Part shown: positions 22,471 through 33,812 of the stretch, in pieces
Numbering within the stretch: position 1 is the stretch's first letter
How the letters are laid out: every line of letters begins with the position of its first letter
Assembly (NCBI GenBank): GCA_040437565.1
Contig: JBDOQK010000039.1
Coordinates: 186,001-250,000 of the forward strand
Direction of reading: 5' to 3'
Length of the DNA stretch: 64,000 bases
Source: Albugo candida
Lineage: Eukaryota
Position numbers and translations under genes: made by a program
The notes under the pieces: generated by a model
Told to the model about the DNA's origin: nothing
What the model saw: the letters and a program-made list of their open reading frames with translations, nothing else
Database searches by the model: none

Positions 22471-22975
22471 ATGGCAGAGCCGAACGAGACATTTCCTGTG
22501 CTCGGCGACACAGATGAGTGCAGAAAGGAGGGACCCAGCGATAAGAGCGACAAAAACGCTACAGACCATAATAGAGCTTCCGAGAATGCAGAAGGTCGTA
22601 ATCAAGTCAACTTTACGCGAAATCTAAGCAAGGAATCCGATGCATCAATTGCCAAGAAACTCTTTTTTGGTGGACTTGCATTCCTTCCATGGTTGCATTT
22701 TCTGAATGTCTTTTATTTTCGCAAATATCTTTTGGATGCCACTCAGGATCCACAAACAACGATGTGTAAGATTGCATTGACCTTACTTGTGTCTTGCGCG
22801 TTCAGCTGACTGTATATCAAATGACGCAGGGGTTCGTCGATCGTTTATAAGTGGCTGCTTTGTCACTGTGTGTTTTGCTATTTGGATCTTAATTTTCCAG
22901 CTCAAGTGGAGAGAGTATGGCTGGAACAATCTCATTATGAATATTCCAGATGCGGAGCTATATAGAGGATGGTGA
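22471..22975 (+). CDS. PSENEN: Gamma-secretase subunit PEN-2 (2 exons)
   Basis: AKKLFFGGLAFLPWLHFLNVFYFR..WVRRSFISGCFVTVCFAIWILIFQLKW matches the PEN-2 pattern; GT-AG intron 22766-22829 restores the frame. Confidence 0.85.
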
Positions 22976-23229
22976 CGTTATGATAAGCCCAACGCAAAAA
23001 TGTATGTCGTGTAACTTTTGTATAATCATCGAAAGCAGTAATATTTCGCAATACGCTGTGCTGCATGACGATCAGTGTAGCAAGCACAATCAATCTATTG
23101 GGGTTTCGTTGATTGGTTTTGAATTGACTAATTTTCGAGAAATGCCCTACCTGATGCTAAGCTACTTCATAATTTATCCCACCCCGATAAATAGTACTCA
23201 TTATCACGCACGCTGATATCATCAGTATC

Positions 23230-23440
23230 TATTTCTTCGACGGCCTATTGCTAATTGTTCTCTACTCTTGTACGGGTAAATTTGTGGACGTATCATCATC
23301 TCCTTCTGGAATCGCGGGATACAATGGTCCCATCCAATCAATGCGTGTCATTTTATATTGAAGAGCGAGAAAAAATCGTTATCTTGACGCTTGCATAGTC
23401 GAAGGCCGTTGCAGAAGCGCTGCAACGATGGAATCCATCA
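23230..23440 (-). pseudogene. Decayed third copy of the secreted-protein gene
   Basis: MDSIVAALLQRPSTMQASR* vs paralog B SISAALLLLHQPSTIQAS; PEGDDDTSTNLPVQE* vs B PAGAKGSKTSQPVQD. Confidence 0.65.
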
Positions 23441-23764
23441 CATAATGATACCAGTAATGGCAATATCTATAAATCATTCTGCGACATCGATCTATCCTAG
23501 TTTAATGTAGGTATAAGTGCGACCGCGTGATTGCATGGAACGTAGAGGAGACATTTGGTTCCGAATCAACAAGAATCCTGCTGAATAGTTGTCGGTACTT
23601 CCCGATTCGGGAAACAAATCATACACTAACTTCATGGAAAACCCGCCCCAAGTGCCGTCTTCGACTCAAGATGAGGTACGACATTTGGAGCTTGCATGAA
23701 GCTCGACAGCATAGAACTATGATTTTGCCGATAGGAGGAGCCAGCACGATTGCAGTGTCAACCA

Positions 23765-25277
23765 ATGGCAGTTTCATCGATAAAAAATGTGATTCATAAG
23801 TTTTCAAACAAAAAGAAAGATAAATCCAATCCAGTTTCAAGCGGGTTTTTCTCTAAAGGACAAAAAAGCTCACAGAAACAGCCGCAACAAAGTATGGCTG
23901 CTAGCTCCATGCATCAGATTTATGGTGGTTCGCTTCCCTCGGTATGGACGGCACAATCTTCAGTAAAAGCAAAAGGGACTCTTTCCAATCTTCTACCTAA
24001 GTCACCAAGTGAGGCTGAAACTGAAAGGACTAAGGAGCCTTATGGTAGCAGACAAGATTCCATCTCTATAATCCATGATAAAAAATCGACACTAGAGTTG
24101 TCAGCGCGCGCGAAAAGTTCTCGAAGCGCCTCGGGTAGCCTTCGAGCCGAGCAATTATCACAGCTATTCGAAAACGATGTCATAGATCTAGATAAATTAC
24201 GTGAGCTGAGCTGGGGTGGAATACCTCAAGAGTTCCGTTCAAATGCATGGAAGTTACTGCTGGTAAACTCTGCTCTCTTCAGTTGGAAAACTTACTTACA
24301 GATATCTTCTCCAGGGTTACATGCCGACGAAGAAAGATCGAAGAGAGGGAATGATTCAGCGCAAAAGACAGGAATATATAGACTTGCTTCGACAATATTA
24401 TTTTATACCCGATACGGATCGGGGCCTGAAGGAGCAAAACACTTTGCGGCAAATCTTGGTGGATATCCCGCGAACGAATGCTGACGTACCGCTTTTCAAA
24501 AACGAGCGCATTCATCAAGTTGGTGGACCACTAGTCCGCTTGATAATAAGTTGTTTTTACCATATTGTCTCTTACGTAGAGTATGGAGCGCATTTTGTAC
24601 ATTTGGGCTATTCGCCATCCCGCAAGTGGATATGTTCAAGGGATCAATGATTTACTGACTCCTTTTCTAGTCGTATTTCTGACACCTTTTGTCGGCAAGT
24701 TTTTCGATTCTCGTGTTGTTTCCAATGTATTGAATTCGCTCGTGTAGACAAGCCCCTTTACGCTGTTTTGGATGATTTTCCCGAGAAGAGCCTGCAACAA
24801 GTTGAAGCCGATAGTTATTGGTGTCTGACAAAGCTCCTGGATGGAATCCAAGATCACTACACGTTTGCTCAACCAGGCTTACAACGGATGGTGCAGCGGA
24901 TGGAAGATCTCGTAAATCGCTGCGACTCGGATTTGTATAAACACATTGTCGAAAAAGAAGCCGTTCAATTTGTTCAGTTTGCATTTCGTTGGATGAACTG
25001 CTTATTGATGCGAGAGATTCCATTGCAAGCCATTGTGCGTGTCTGGGATACGTATTTGTGTGAAGACAATGGGTTTGAGAGCTTTCATGTGTACGTTTGT
25101 GCAGCCATTTTGATGACTTTTGGAGAAAAGCTCAAAGAAATGGAGTTTCAGGAGTTAGTGTTATTTCTACAAAGTCTCCCCACCAAAGATTGGACAGAAG
25201 AACAGATTGATCCTTTATTGTCGAGAGCGTTTATTTTGCAGACATATTTTGCGGATGCACCCAATCATCTAAATTAG
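23765..25277 (+). CDS. TBC1D22: TBC-domain Rab GTPase-activating protein (Gyp1/TBC1D22), 4 exons
   Basis: LRELSWGGIP, QILVDIPRT (Arg finger), GYVQGINDL (Gln finger), EADSYWCL, QFAFRWMNCLL. Confidence 0.95.
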
Positions 25278-25594
25278 CAGCGGTATTTCGGCCGGGTTTA
25301 GACACCACATGTTACGATATATGTAATTTTGAAGCGAATTTGGCTATCTTCGAGAAATTATTGGATGCATTGCTTCACTGCATGATACTTTCTGCGATGA
25401 CAAGTCCGAAGAAACGTTATACGCCCTCGTAACGACGATGAATTATCATACCAGAACTTCCTTAGCTGATTCTACCGCACTGAAATATATACTGTAACAA
25501 ATTAAACGGCTCGCTCTGTGTCGGGATACAAGAGCTCGAAGATCTGAGCTTGGATACTTTGATTGATCAATTGAAGACAAGTTGCGCTTTCCTT

Positions 25595-26670
25595 CTATGT
25601 GATGTTAAAATGGGCGAGGAGTTTATCCATCTTTACTTCAAGCTGCTTTAGGCGTTGCTCCACGTCCAATTTTGGGGCGGAACCTCTACTCACGGATGTA
25701 GAGGAAGCAAATTGCGGTGGTTCTGCGAATGTTGACGTTGAGGATGATGCTCCGCTGCTTGCAGCGCCTCTTCGAGCTGCTGCCTCTCGACTTTTCTTCA
25801 TTATTTCAGCAAGACCTCCACCACCACCCGAGTTCGTTGCTCCTTCCGAGCGCGCGTTGCCATTGGAAATCTCGGACGTCCCATTGTCTTGCCTACCTAG
25901 TACTAGTTATGCGTCTCAAACAATCACAACGGTGAAAATTGTACCGATTGGGAGCTTTCTTCAAGTTGCCTCCTGAACGAATGGCGTTGAGCATGGCGCT
26001 CATTCCGTCCATGGACCCTTTGCCATTGCTGGATTCGCAAGACCCATTTTCATTTCTGCGTTGTATGTTTCAGATTCAAATAGCAGGATCCATCAAATCT
26101 TTTTTCTTACACTGTGGCACTCAGCGATGACTTTTCTTTGACTTCAACCTTCTTCAGCTTTGCTCCTTGCTGTATTTGCGCTAGCAGACCACCTCTTCCA
26201 GCTCCTTCCACCGAAGACGATCTCGGTATTGATTCTTGTTTGGAATTGTTGGAACTAGACGTTCGCCGAACACCAGATGTGTGTTTATTATCGCGTTTTG
26301 TTGCATTCTTGCCAGACGTTGGATGATCCCAAGTGGTGACTTTTGTCTGTGTATTATAATAATACTCCTATGAAAGAAAGACATTTAAACATAGTAAAAG
26401 AAATGCTTTTTCCCTATTGACGTCTCACCTTCCCCTCCGCAGTTTTGTATGCGCGCCAAGGTGGCGCCAATCCCGCGCTTGCCATCTCCGCTTCAATGTC
26501 AGATTTGCTCCGTAACTATTTTGCCCAATCAGTGNNNNNNNNNNNNNNNNNNNNNNNNNNNNNNNNNNNNNNNNNNNNNNNNNNNNNNNNNNNNNNNNNN
26601 NNNNNNNNNNNNNNNNNNNNNNNNNNNNNNNNNNAATTAGTACTTAACCGAATCACCACCATACGCTCAT
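25595..26670 (-). CDS. WW-domain + two WH2-motif + C-terminal coiled-coil protein (multi-exon; first intron spans a gap)
   Basis: LAPPWRAYKTAEGK/EYYYNTQTKVTTWDHP (WW); GGLLAQIQQGAKLKKV and SAMLNAIRSGGNLKKA (WH2); VEQRLKQLEVKMDKLL. First exon MS|gtatgg at 26670 is tentative. Confidence 0.75.
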
Positions 26671-26697
26671 GTAGTTGGTGGTCAGAGTCTGACTTAA

Positions 26698-29589
26698 ATG
26701 GTAAAGTCCTACTTGCGATATGAGCATACACGCTCTTTTGGGATCATTGCTTCCTCCGAAGGGAATGTACAATACGATGCAACCGGACGATTTGCAATTG
26801 CACCGGCGCTGAGTGACGTTATAGTTTGGAACGTTCGACAAGGCAGTCAAGATCGTGTTTTCTCGTCCACTTTCAATTCCACAGAAAGCACTTCAGGAAA
26901 AGGACAAGTAACCTGTCTACTACGTAGCCCGGACAATGTATCTCTTGCAGCTGGCTACTCTAATGGCATCATCAACGTATTTCGCTTTGGATCAGGGAAC
27001 TTGGAAATGACACTCGATGGACATCGCTCTCAGATTGAGACATTGACTTATAAATCCGATGGAGCTCTTTTAGTGAGTGGTTCCCGTGACACTGATATAA
27101 TTGTTTGGGATGTCACGAGTCAAACCGGCTTATACCGTCTTCAAGGGCACAAGAATGCTGTCACGGGATTGCGTTTTATTTTGGGTGAAAAGTATATTGT
27201 TTCATGCTCGAAAGACACACTTCTCAAGGTATGGGACCTGGAAACGCAACATTGCGTCCAGACGTGTGTGGAAAACTCAAGCGAGATCTGGTCAATGGAT
27301 GTGCATCCTGCTGGCCATCGACTAGTGACCGGAAGCTCGGATAATTTACTCCGAGTTTGGAGTATTGGGGCACAAAAACTCGATGGTAATTCGAATAGAG
27401 AAGAATGTATCACACTATTAGGATCCATAACACGAACAAGTAACGATCGAGTTGCCCATATAGAGTACACTACAAACGGAGATTTGGTGGGTGTGCAATC
27501 GACGGGAAGAGCGATTGAATTGTTTCACGTGCGTTCCGAGCAAGAGATCAAGAAAAAAAGGCATCGACGTGAAAAACGACAGCGAGAAAAAGCAAGAAAA
27601 AAGAAAGAATTGCGCACTGAAGATACCAAAGACGACAACGACCAACAAGATGAAGAGAACGAAGCTTACAAAGACGAATTTGAGCTCTTGTGTGTGCTTC
27701 GACCAGCTCATAAAGTCAAATCTTTTGCGTTTTCTCCGAAAATTGCGTCGAATGGATCAGTATCGATGCTTCTTAAGCTACAAAATAATTCTCTAGAAAG
27801 CTACGCTGTATTTCCTGATCAAGCAGGTACTGAAGATCGTACTCTGAAGCAACATGTCATTAATTTAGGCGGCCATCGTCTCGACGTTCGATGCGTCCAA
27901 CTGAGCTCAGATAACCAGTTGATTCTTTCGTTATCGAGCGCTTCTGTCAAAATATGGAACGCACACTCATTGCAATGTATTCGTACCGTGTCGGACTCGA
28001 TTGATCTTGCCCTCTGCGCAATATTTGCTCCGGGAAACATGCACGTGATTGTAGGAACAAAGAATGGGGCGCTTTTGCTGCACGACATCAATTCTGGAGA
28101 ATGTATATGGAAAGCAATGGAAGCACATCATGAAAACGCTATTTGGTCGATGGACCTTTGCCCGGAGCTGAAAGAGATTGTCACGGGCGGAGCAGATCAA
28201 CATGTCAAGTTTTGGGAATTCGTCATGCAGTCCAGTGGCACTCTCGATGAACCAGAGCAAGCTTCATCGAATAGCTCGAATCAACAACTTCGGCTTGGGC
28301 TTTCTCCTACTCGGCTTCTCAAAATGACGGACGATGTGCTATGCGTTCGCTATAGCCATCAAAAATCCAGTAAAGAGCGATCCAAATTGATGATTGCGGT
28401 GGCTCTTCTGGATTGCACGGTAAAAATATTTTACGAAGATAATTTGAAGTTTTTTGTAAGCTTGTATGGTCACAAACTTCCAGTCATGTCTTTGGATATC
28501 TCTAGTGACAACACACTTTTGGTCACTGGATCCGCGGACAAAAACGTCAAATTGTGGGGATTGGATTTTGGAGATTGTCACAAGTCGATTTTTGCTCACG
28601 ACGATGCGATCATGTGTGTCCGTTTTGTACGAAACACTCACTATTTCTTCACAGCTTCCAAAGATAACAACGTGTCTTACTGGGATGCTGATCATTATGA
28701 GAGAATCTTGCGACTAGACTCGCTTCATTTTGGTCAAGTTTGGAGTCTTGCAGTGAGTTCCGACGGACAATTTGTGATCACAGCCTCTCAAGATCGGAGT
28801 ATGACAAAGCTAATACGCACCGAGGATCAAGTGTTTTTGGAACTCGAAAAAGAAAAAGAATTGGACACTTTGTTCGAAAGTGATATGACCGGAAACTTTC
28901 AAAAGCCATTTTCCAATAAGGACAATCAAACTGAAGAAGATGAAGATGAGACACTTCAATCCACTTCAGCCAGTAAGCGCACAATGGAATCGGTGAAATC
29001 AGGGGACACCTTACTTGAAGCAATTGATTTGGCGGTGAAGGAGTGTGAGGCTATCACAGAATACGAAGCGCTGTGTGAGTCGCGACGAAAGATAATGAAG
29101 CAAGCACGCGGAAAGGAAAAAATTGCAATGCCCGCCGAACGCACTGCCAATGAGATGTTACTCGGCTATTCGCCTCTCAAATATGTGCTTCATACCATGC
29201 GACGCATTCCATCGCATCATCTGGAAGAAGCTCTTCTTGTGTTGCCAATTGAACGCATTCTGAAGCTAATTCGACTGCTTCTGGCTATGATTTCCAATCA
29301 TTTGGACGTCGAATTTTGCTGTCATGTACTTTTAATTATTCTTACGGTGCACCACACTCAAGTCAATCAACAAAAAGATCTGTTGAACGATCTGGAGCTT
29401 CTCTGGTCACGACTTCGGACACAGTTGCAAGCACAGAAATCGCGGATTGGCTTCAACCTTGCAGGATTACGCTTTATCAGTCGACAAATACAGGACGATA
29501 AACGTGTGTTTGTCGTGGAAGCGGACCCGATGCAAAATAAACCTTCTCACAAGAAGAAAAAGGCTAAAGTAAGCTCAGTAACTAAGTAA
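26698..29589 (+). CDS. WDR3: WD-repeat protein 3 / Utp12 (Dip2), SSU processome
   Basis: MVKSYLRY start, many WD40 repeats, LYGHKLPV, KLWGLDFGDCHKSIFAHDD, C-terminal Utp12 domain (LEEALLVLP..IGFNLAGL). Confidence 0.97.
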   Translation: MVKSYLRYEHTRSFGIIASSEGNVQYDATGRFAIAPALSDVIVWNVRQGSQDRVFSSTFNSTESTSGKGQVTCLLRSPDNVSLAAGYSNGIINVFRFGSGNLEMTLDGHRSQIETLTYKSDGALLVSGSRDTDIIVWDVTSQTGLYRLQGHKNAVTGLRFILGEKYIVSCSKDTLLKVWDLETQHCVQTCVENSSEIWSMDVHPAGHRLVTGSSDNLLRVWSIGAQKLDGNSNREECITLLGSITRTSNDRVAHIEYTTNGDLVGVQSTGRAIELFHVRSEQEIKKKRHRREKRQREKARKKKELRTEDTKDDNDQQDEENEAYKDEFELLCVLRPAHKVKSFAFSPKIASNGSVSMLLKLQNNSLESYAVFPDQAGTEDRTLKQHVINLGGHRLDVRCVQLSSDNQLILSLSSASVKIWNAHSLQCIRTVSDSIDLALCAIFAPGNMHVIVGTKNGALLLHDINSGECIWKAMEAHHENAIWSMDLCPELKEIVTGGADQHVKFWEFVMQSSGTLDEPEQASSNSSNQQLRLGLSPTRLLKMTDDVLCVRYSHQKSSKERSKLMIAVALLDCTVKIFYEDNLKFFVSLYGHKLPVMSLDISSDNTLLVTGSADKNVKLWGLDFGDCHKSIFAHDDAIMCVRFVRNTHYFFTASKDNNVSYWDADHYERILRLDSLHFGQVWSLAVSSDGQFVITASQDRSMTKLIRTEDQVFLELEKEKELDTLFESDMTGNFQKPFSNKDNQTEEDEDETLQSTSASKRTMESVKSGDTLLEAIDLAVKECEAITEYEALCESRRKIMKQARGKEKIAMPAERTANEMLLGYSPLKYVLHTMRRIPSHHLEEALLVLPIERILKLIRLLLAMISNHLDVEFCCHVLLIILTVHHTQVNQQKDLLNDLELLWSRLRTQLQAQKSRIGFNLAGLRFISRQIQDDKRVFVVEADPMQNKPSHKKKKAKVSSVTK

Positions 29590-31799
29590 TAGAACGCATC
29601 GTTGCTAGAGAAGTAACCGAACACACTTAAGTACGCTTGATGTGCATAAGTACGGTGTTAAGTCTTGTCTCGACGTTGTCTTTATGCGGGTGCGTTGGCG
29701 AAGTTGNNNNNNNNNNNNNNNNNNNNNNNNNNNNNNNNNNNNNNNNNNNNNNNNNNNNNNNNNNNNNNNNNNNNNNNNNNNNNNNNNNNNNNNNNNNNNN
29801 NNNNNNGTTGTCTTTATGCGGGTGCGTTGGCGAAGTTGTATGCATTGTTGCGCTCTCAAATAATTTCTTTAGTAAACAATTTTAAACCATCTTCCTTCTA
29901 CTTAGTTTCATGTGTTAAAGCATCCGGTGACCACAAGTCTGGTCGTTGTATACATTGGGTTATGGTTCATTGGTATTTTCCTTCAATCAGACGAGAAGAG
30001 CAGCTGGTTTGCCTTGTCAATCGCCGAGTAACGTCTGAGTTTAAATGTGTCGCTGCTGATCTAAACGACGTGTACCTTTGTGATAGTGCCATTGTCATGC
30101 ATATACGTCCATGGATATTCCTGACAGCCGGATTTTATCATCCTTATTTAATTGAGGTGATTTCAATTCAAGAGCGTTTGATGCTGAGATTGATGCTGAT
30201 ACTACGGCTTAAGATGATGCTAGCAGTGCTACTGATCATGGTGATCTCAAGACGTGTTGAAAGCCATCTTGGTTCATTAGCTATGGCGCAGATGCTGCTT
30301 TTCATCAATCTCGTCAGCTCCTTCCTACTTTTTTCAAACACATTCTGCTTGTACATCCTCACTCGAAATCCAGTTTATGTGTACGATATGATTATGTATC
30401 ATTTTCTTTGTTATCTCACTCTCGTAAATATAGCACAACCAGATTTTCCGGATCTATGGGCACCATTTCCGGCTTACTTGTGGCTTTGATGAAGCCACAA
30501 TTCAACGAACAGATAGCCAATGTTTTCTTGTTAAAAATGCGTGTAAGTTGAGCTTCTTTCTATGTCATCAAATTCTGATAAATGTGTAGTTTTATCCCTT
30601 CACGTTAGTCCTGTGTGCCTGGTTTTTGACATCATTAGGAATCGCATTCGTGCATTCCATGCCTTTGCACAGCGTTCTCGTTAGCATGGGGCCTTATGCG
30701 TCTTCCGGTGTTTACCTTGGGNNNNNNNNNNNNNNNNNNNNNNNNNNNNNNNNNNNNNNNNNNNNNNNNNNNNNNNNNNNNNNNNNNNNNNNNNNNNNNN
30801 NNNNNNNNNNNNNNNNNNNNNTCTCGTCAGCTCCTTCCTACTTTTTTCAAATACATTCTGCTTGTACATCCTCACTCGAAATCCATTTTATGTGTACGAT
30901 ATGATTATTTATCATTTCTTTGTTATCTTACTCTTGTAAATATAGCACAACCAGATTTTCCGGATCTATGGGCACCATTTCCGGCTTACTTGTGGCTTTG
31001 ATGAAGCCACAATTCAACGAACAGATAGTCAATGCTTTCTTCTTAAAAATGCGTGTAAGTTGAGCGTCTTTCTATGTCATCAAATTCTGATAATTGTGTA
31101 GTTTTATCCCTTCACGTTAGTCCTGTGTGCCTGGTTTTTGACATCATTAGGAATCGCATTCGTGCACTCCATGCCTTTGCACAGCGTTCTCGTTAGCATG
31201 GGGCCTTATGCGTCTTCCGGTGTTTACCTTGGGTGGTTTTATCTTCGTTTTCTGCATTCAACACCGGACGAACCGCTCGGGGATATATCCGAAGAATTTA
31301 AGCTCTCTGTACTATTTCCACAGCAAATGGCGTACGTGTAGCTTCTGATTGTGTACATGCACTGACCGACGGGATGCTAGAGGTTACGTGAATGCCATCG
31401 GATCATTTTCTTTTGGCGTCGCACGTCTGTGCGGGTACTTCAAAAAACGACCAAAAAAATCAGGGCAATCGGCCTTACCGTTTACCGTTGAGGTTCGCAT
31501 GCGCACTTAATACTCGAACATGGATCTAACCTTGTGTGCAGTCTGAAAAAATTGATCCAGTCGCAGAACGGCGAAAGTAAGTCTGCAATATCCTTCATGT
31601 ATATCGGTCGCTTTATATCATTGTGAATAGGGCACGTGCAATGAAAGCATTGGATGAGAAGCTCGCAAAATTGGCGCATGGCAAATAATACAATTGTGTG
31701 ATACAAACCTAGCATAAAGTTCGTTGGCGCATTAGCACGATTTGATCGGATAGGTTATAAATCAACGTGTAAATAATCGCATCCCCGACAATCTCCCCA

Positions 31800-33701
31800 A
31801 TGAGCCAGCAAGTGAATGCCTCATGGCTCACAAAACTCCGAAGTATAGACTTTAATCCGAAAACTTTGGATGAATTCAAAGTCAAGACTATCCATGGAGG
31901 GATGCGTAAGTCCCCCATCGCTTCTCCTCATCAAACCTCACTTTTTTTCTCATCGCTTTGATGAATAATCGCCACAGTTTCGCTTCTGTCAGTCGGTTTG
32001 ATTGGCTACTTGCTGGTGTCCGAACTGATATTTTACCTTTCTGTGGTATGAAATAACACGCTGCCGAATGCGATGAAAAACCTTTGCTTTTGATCCTATA
32101 GGACATTGTCGACAAGATGCTAGTTGATGGGTCAAGGAATCGAATGGTTACGATCAACTTTGACATTGAATTCCCACGGTTCGTTATCGATTTTGTGGAA
32201 TTGAACTTTTGATATAAACTCCTTGCAGAATGCCGTGCTCAATCGTCACATTGGAGAGCACAGGTTCATCCGGAGAAATTCATGTACACACACTGAGCTT
32301 GTCTCCCAATTGCTTCTCTTATGTCGGGTGATTCGCTCACTAGAATGACGTTCAGCACAGCGTACATAAACAAGCTATTGATTTGAACGGGAAAGTCCTG
32401 AGCGAAGGCATGAAGCTCGATTCGGTACTCTAGCTTTTCTCGTACGCAAGCTGAGCAGATCTGATCTGATATTGTCAGATCGGTAAAGCCTGGACCAATC
32501 AAAGTGACGTTCAAGTTTCGGAAAAGAATGACAAGTACGAGCGCATATACAGATATAGCTGTTGTAGAGATTCAAGAGTGAGATGATGCAATAGAGTGAA
32601 ATGCGGAAGCTGTTATGGAGCAGGCGCATCTGGTGAAGTATGTATCATCCAGCATTCACTATTGGCGATTTATAGGAACACTCTGTGATCAGTGCTGCAA
32701 TACTTGCGAAGATGTGCAGCGAGCCTATACTTTTCGTCGATGGAATATCCCCAGCTTACATACGATCGAACAAGTACGTTCTCATTTGTGCTGACTCACT
32801 GTCGTTCATCTCTTGAATTCCCACTCAATCCACCAGTGCCAAAGATCTGAGATCGAAAAGCTACTGCACAGTGCTGTCGAGGAAGGCTGTCGAATATACG
32901 GCTCCGTTTCCGTTACGAAGGTTCGTACTACGCTTTTACATTTGTCCAATAAATCAAGCAAGCACACTTGTTAGGTTGATGGAAAAGTTTTATTCGCACC
33001 GGCCAAAGCGCTGCTCCACGGTTACATTTCTACTGAGGAGATTCTCGACAAAACAATTCAAATATTTGATACGTCTCACAAAATCAATTATTTGGACTTT
33101 GGTGATCGTTATCCGGTTCGTACCATTTGCATAAGATCATTATAAGCCAAGACATATGCGATCTCTGTTAGGATATGAGGAGTCCTCTGAATGGGCACAA
33201 CACAATTCTTGAAAAGGATACACGCGGCACGTATCAATACTTTCTTCAGGTCATGATTCTTTGGCCAGTGTGGTATACTTGATCGTAACTCTACAAATAG
33301 GTAGTTCCGACAGCATATTACTATCTGAATGGTGGAATTATCGATACAAATCAGTACTCAGTCACCCAGCATTATCAAGAGCTAACGCCACTCGGCGAGC
33401 AACAACTTCCAAGTAAGCGCATCTATTCTACCAATATGCTTTGTATTGACATTTTGCTGATGCAGTGATCATTTTCCAGTACACATTTTCACCCATCATG
33501 TTTCAGATCGAGCAACGTCGAAGAGGGTATCTTCAATTTCTGACAAGTTTATGCGCAATTCTTGGCGGAGTGTTTACGGTATGAGATTATAGAGTACAGT
33601 TACTGTATCTGATATGATTTTTGCAGATGCTGGGCGCCGTCGATTCCCTGCTATTCGCATATTCGAATCAATTTGCTTCGTCGCCGGCGTTGGCGCGGTA
33701 A
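31800..33701 (+). CDS. ERGIC3: ER-Golgi intermediate compartment protein (ERGIC3/Erv46 family), multi-exon
   Basis: LRSIDFNPKTLDEFKVKTIHGG start; YCGDL..CCNTCEDVQRAY; EGCRIYGS; YQYFLQ|VVPT; FQYTFSPI; FLTSLCAILGGVFT; stop at 33701. Confidence 0.9.
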
Positions 33702-33812
33702 ACGTGTTAGATTCGCCGGAAGTACTGAAAACAGACAATAAATCCGTTAGGTTCTTGCTGATGTCCAATCGATTCTTATTCTATGTTAAGATCGTAACTT
33801 GTGTCGAATGCG

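Noticed and set aside
29665-30489. 274-aa hydrophobic plus-strand ORF
   Set aside because: Spans an N gap, has no recognisable family, and its hydrophobicity comes from low-complexity gatgct repeats.
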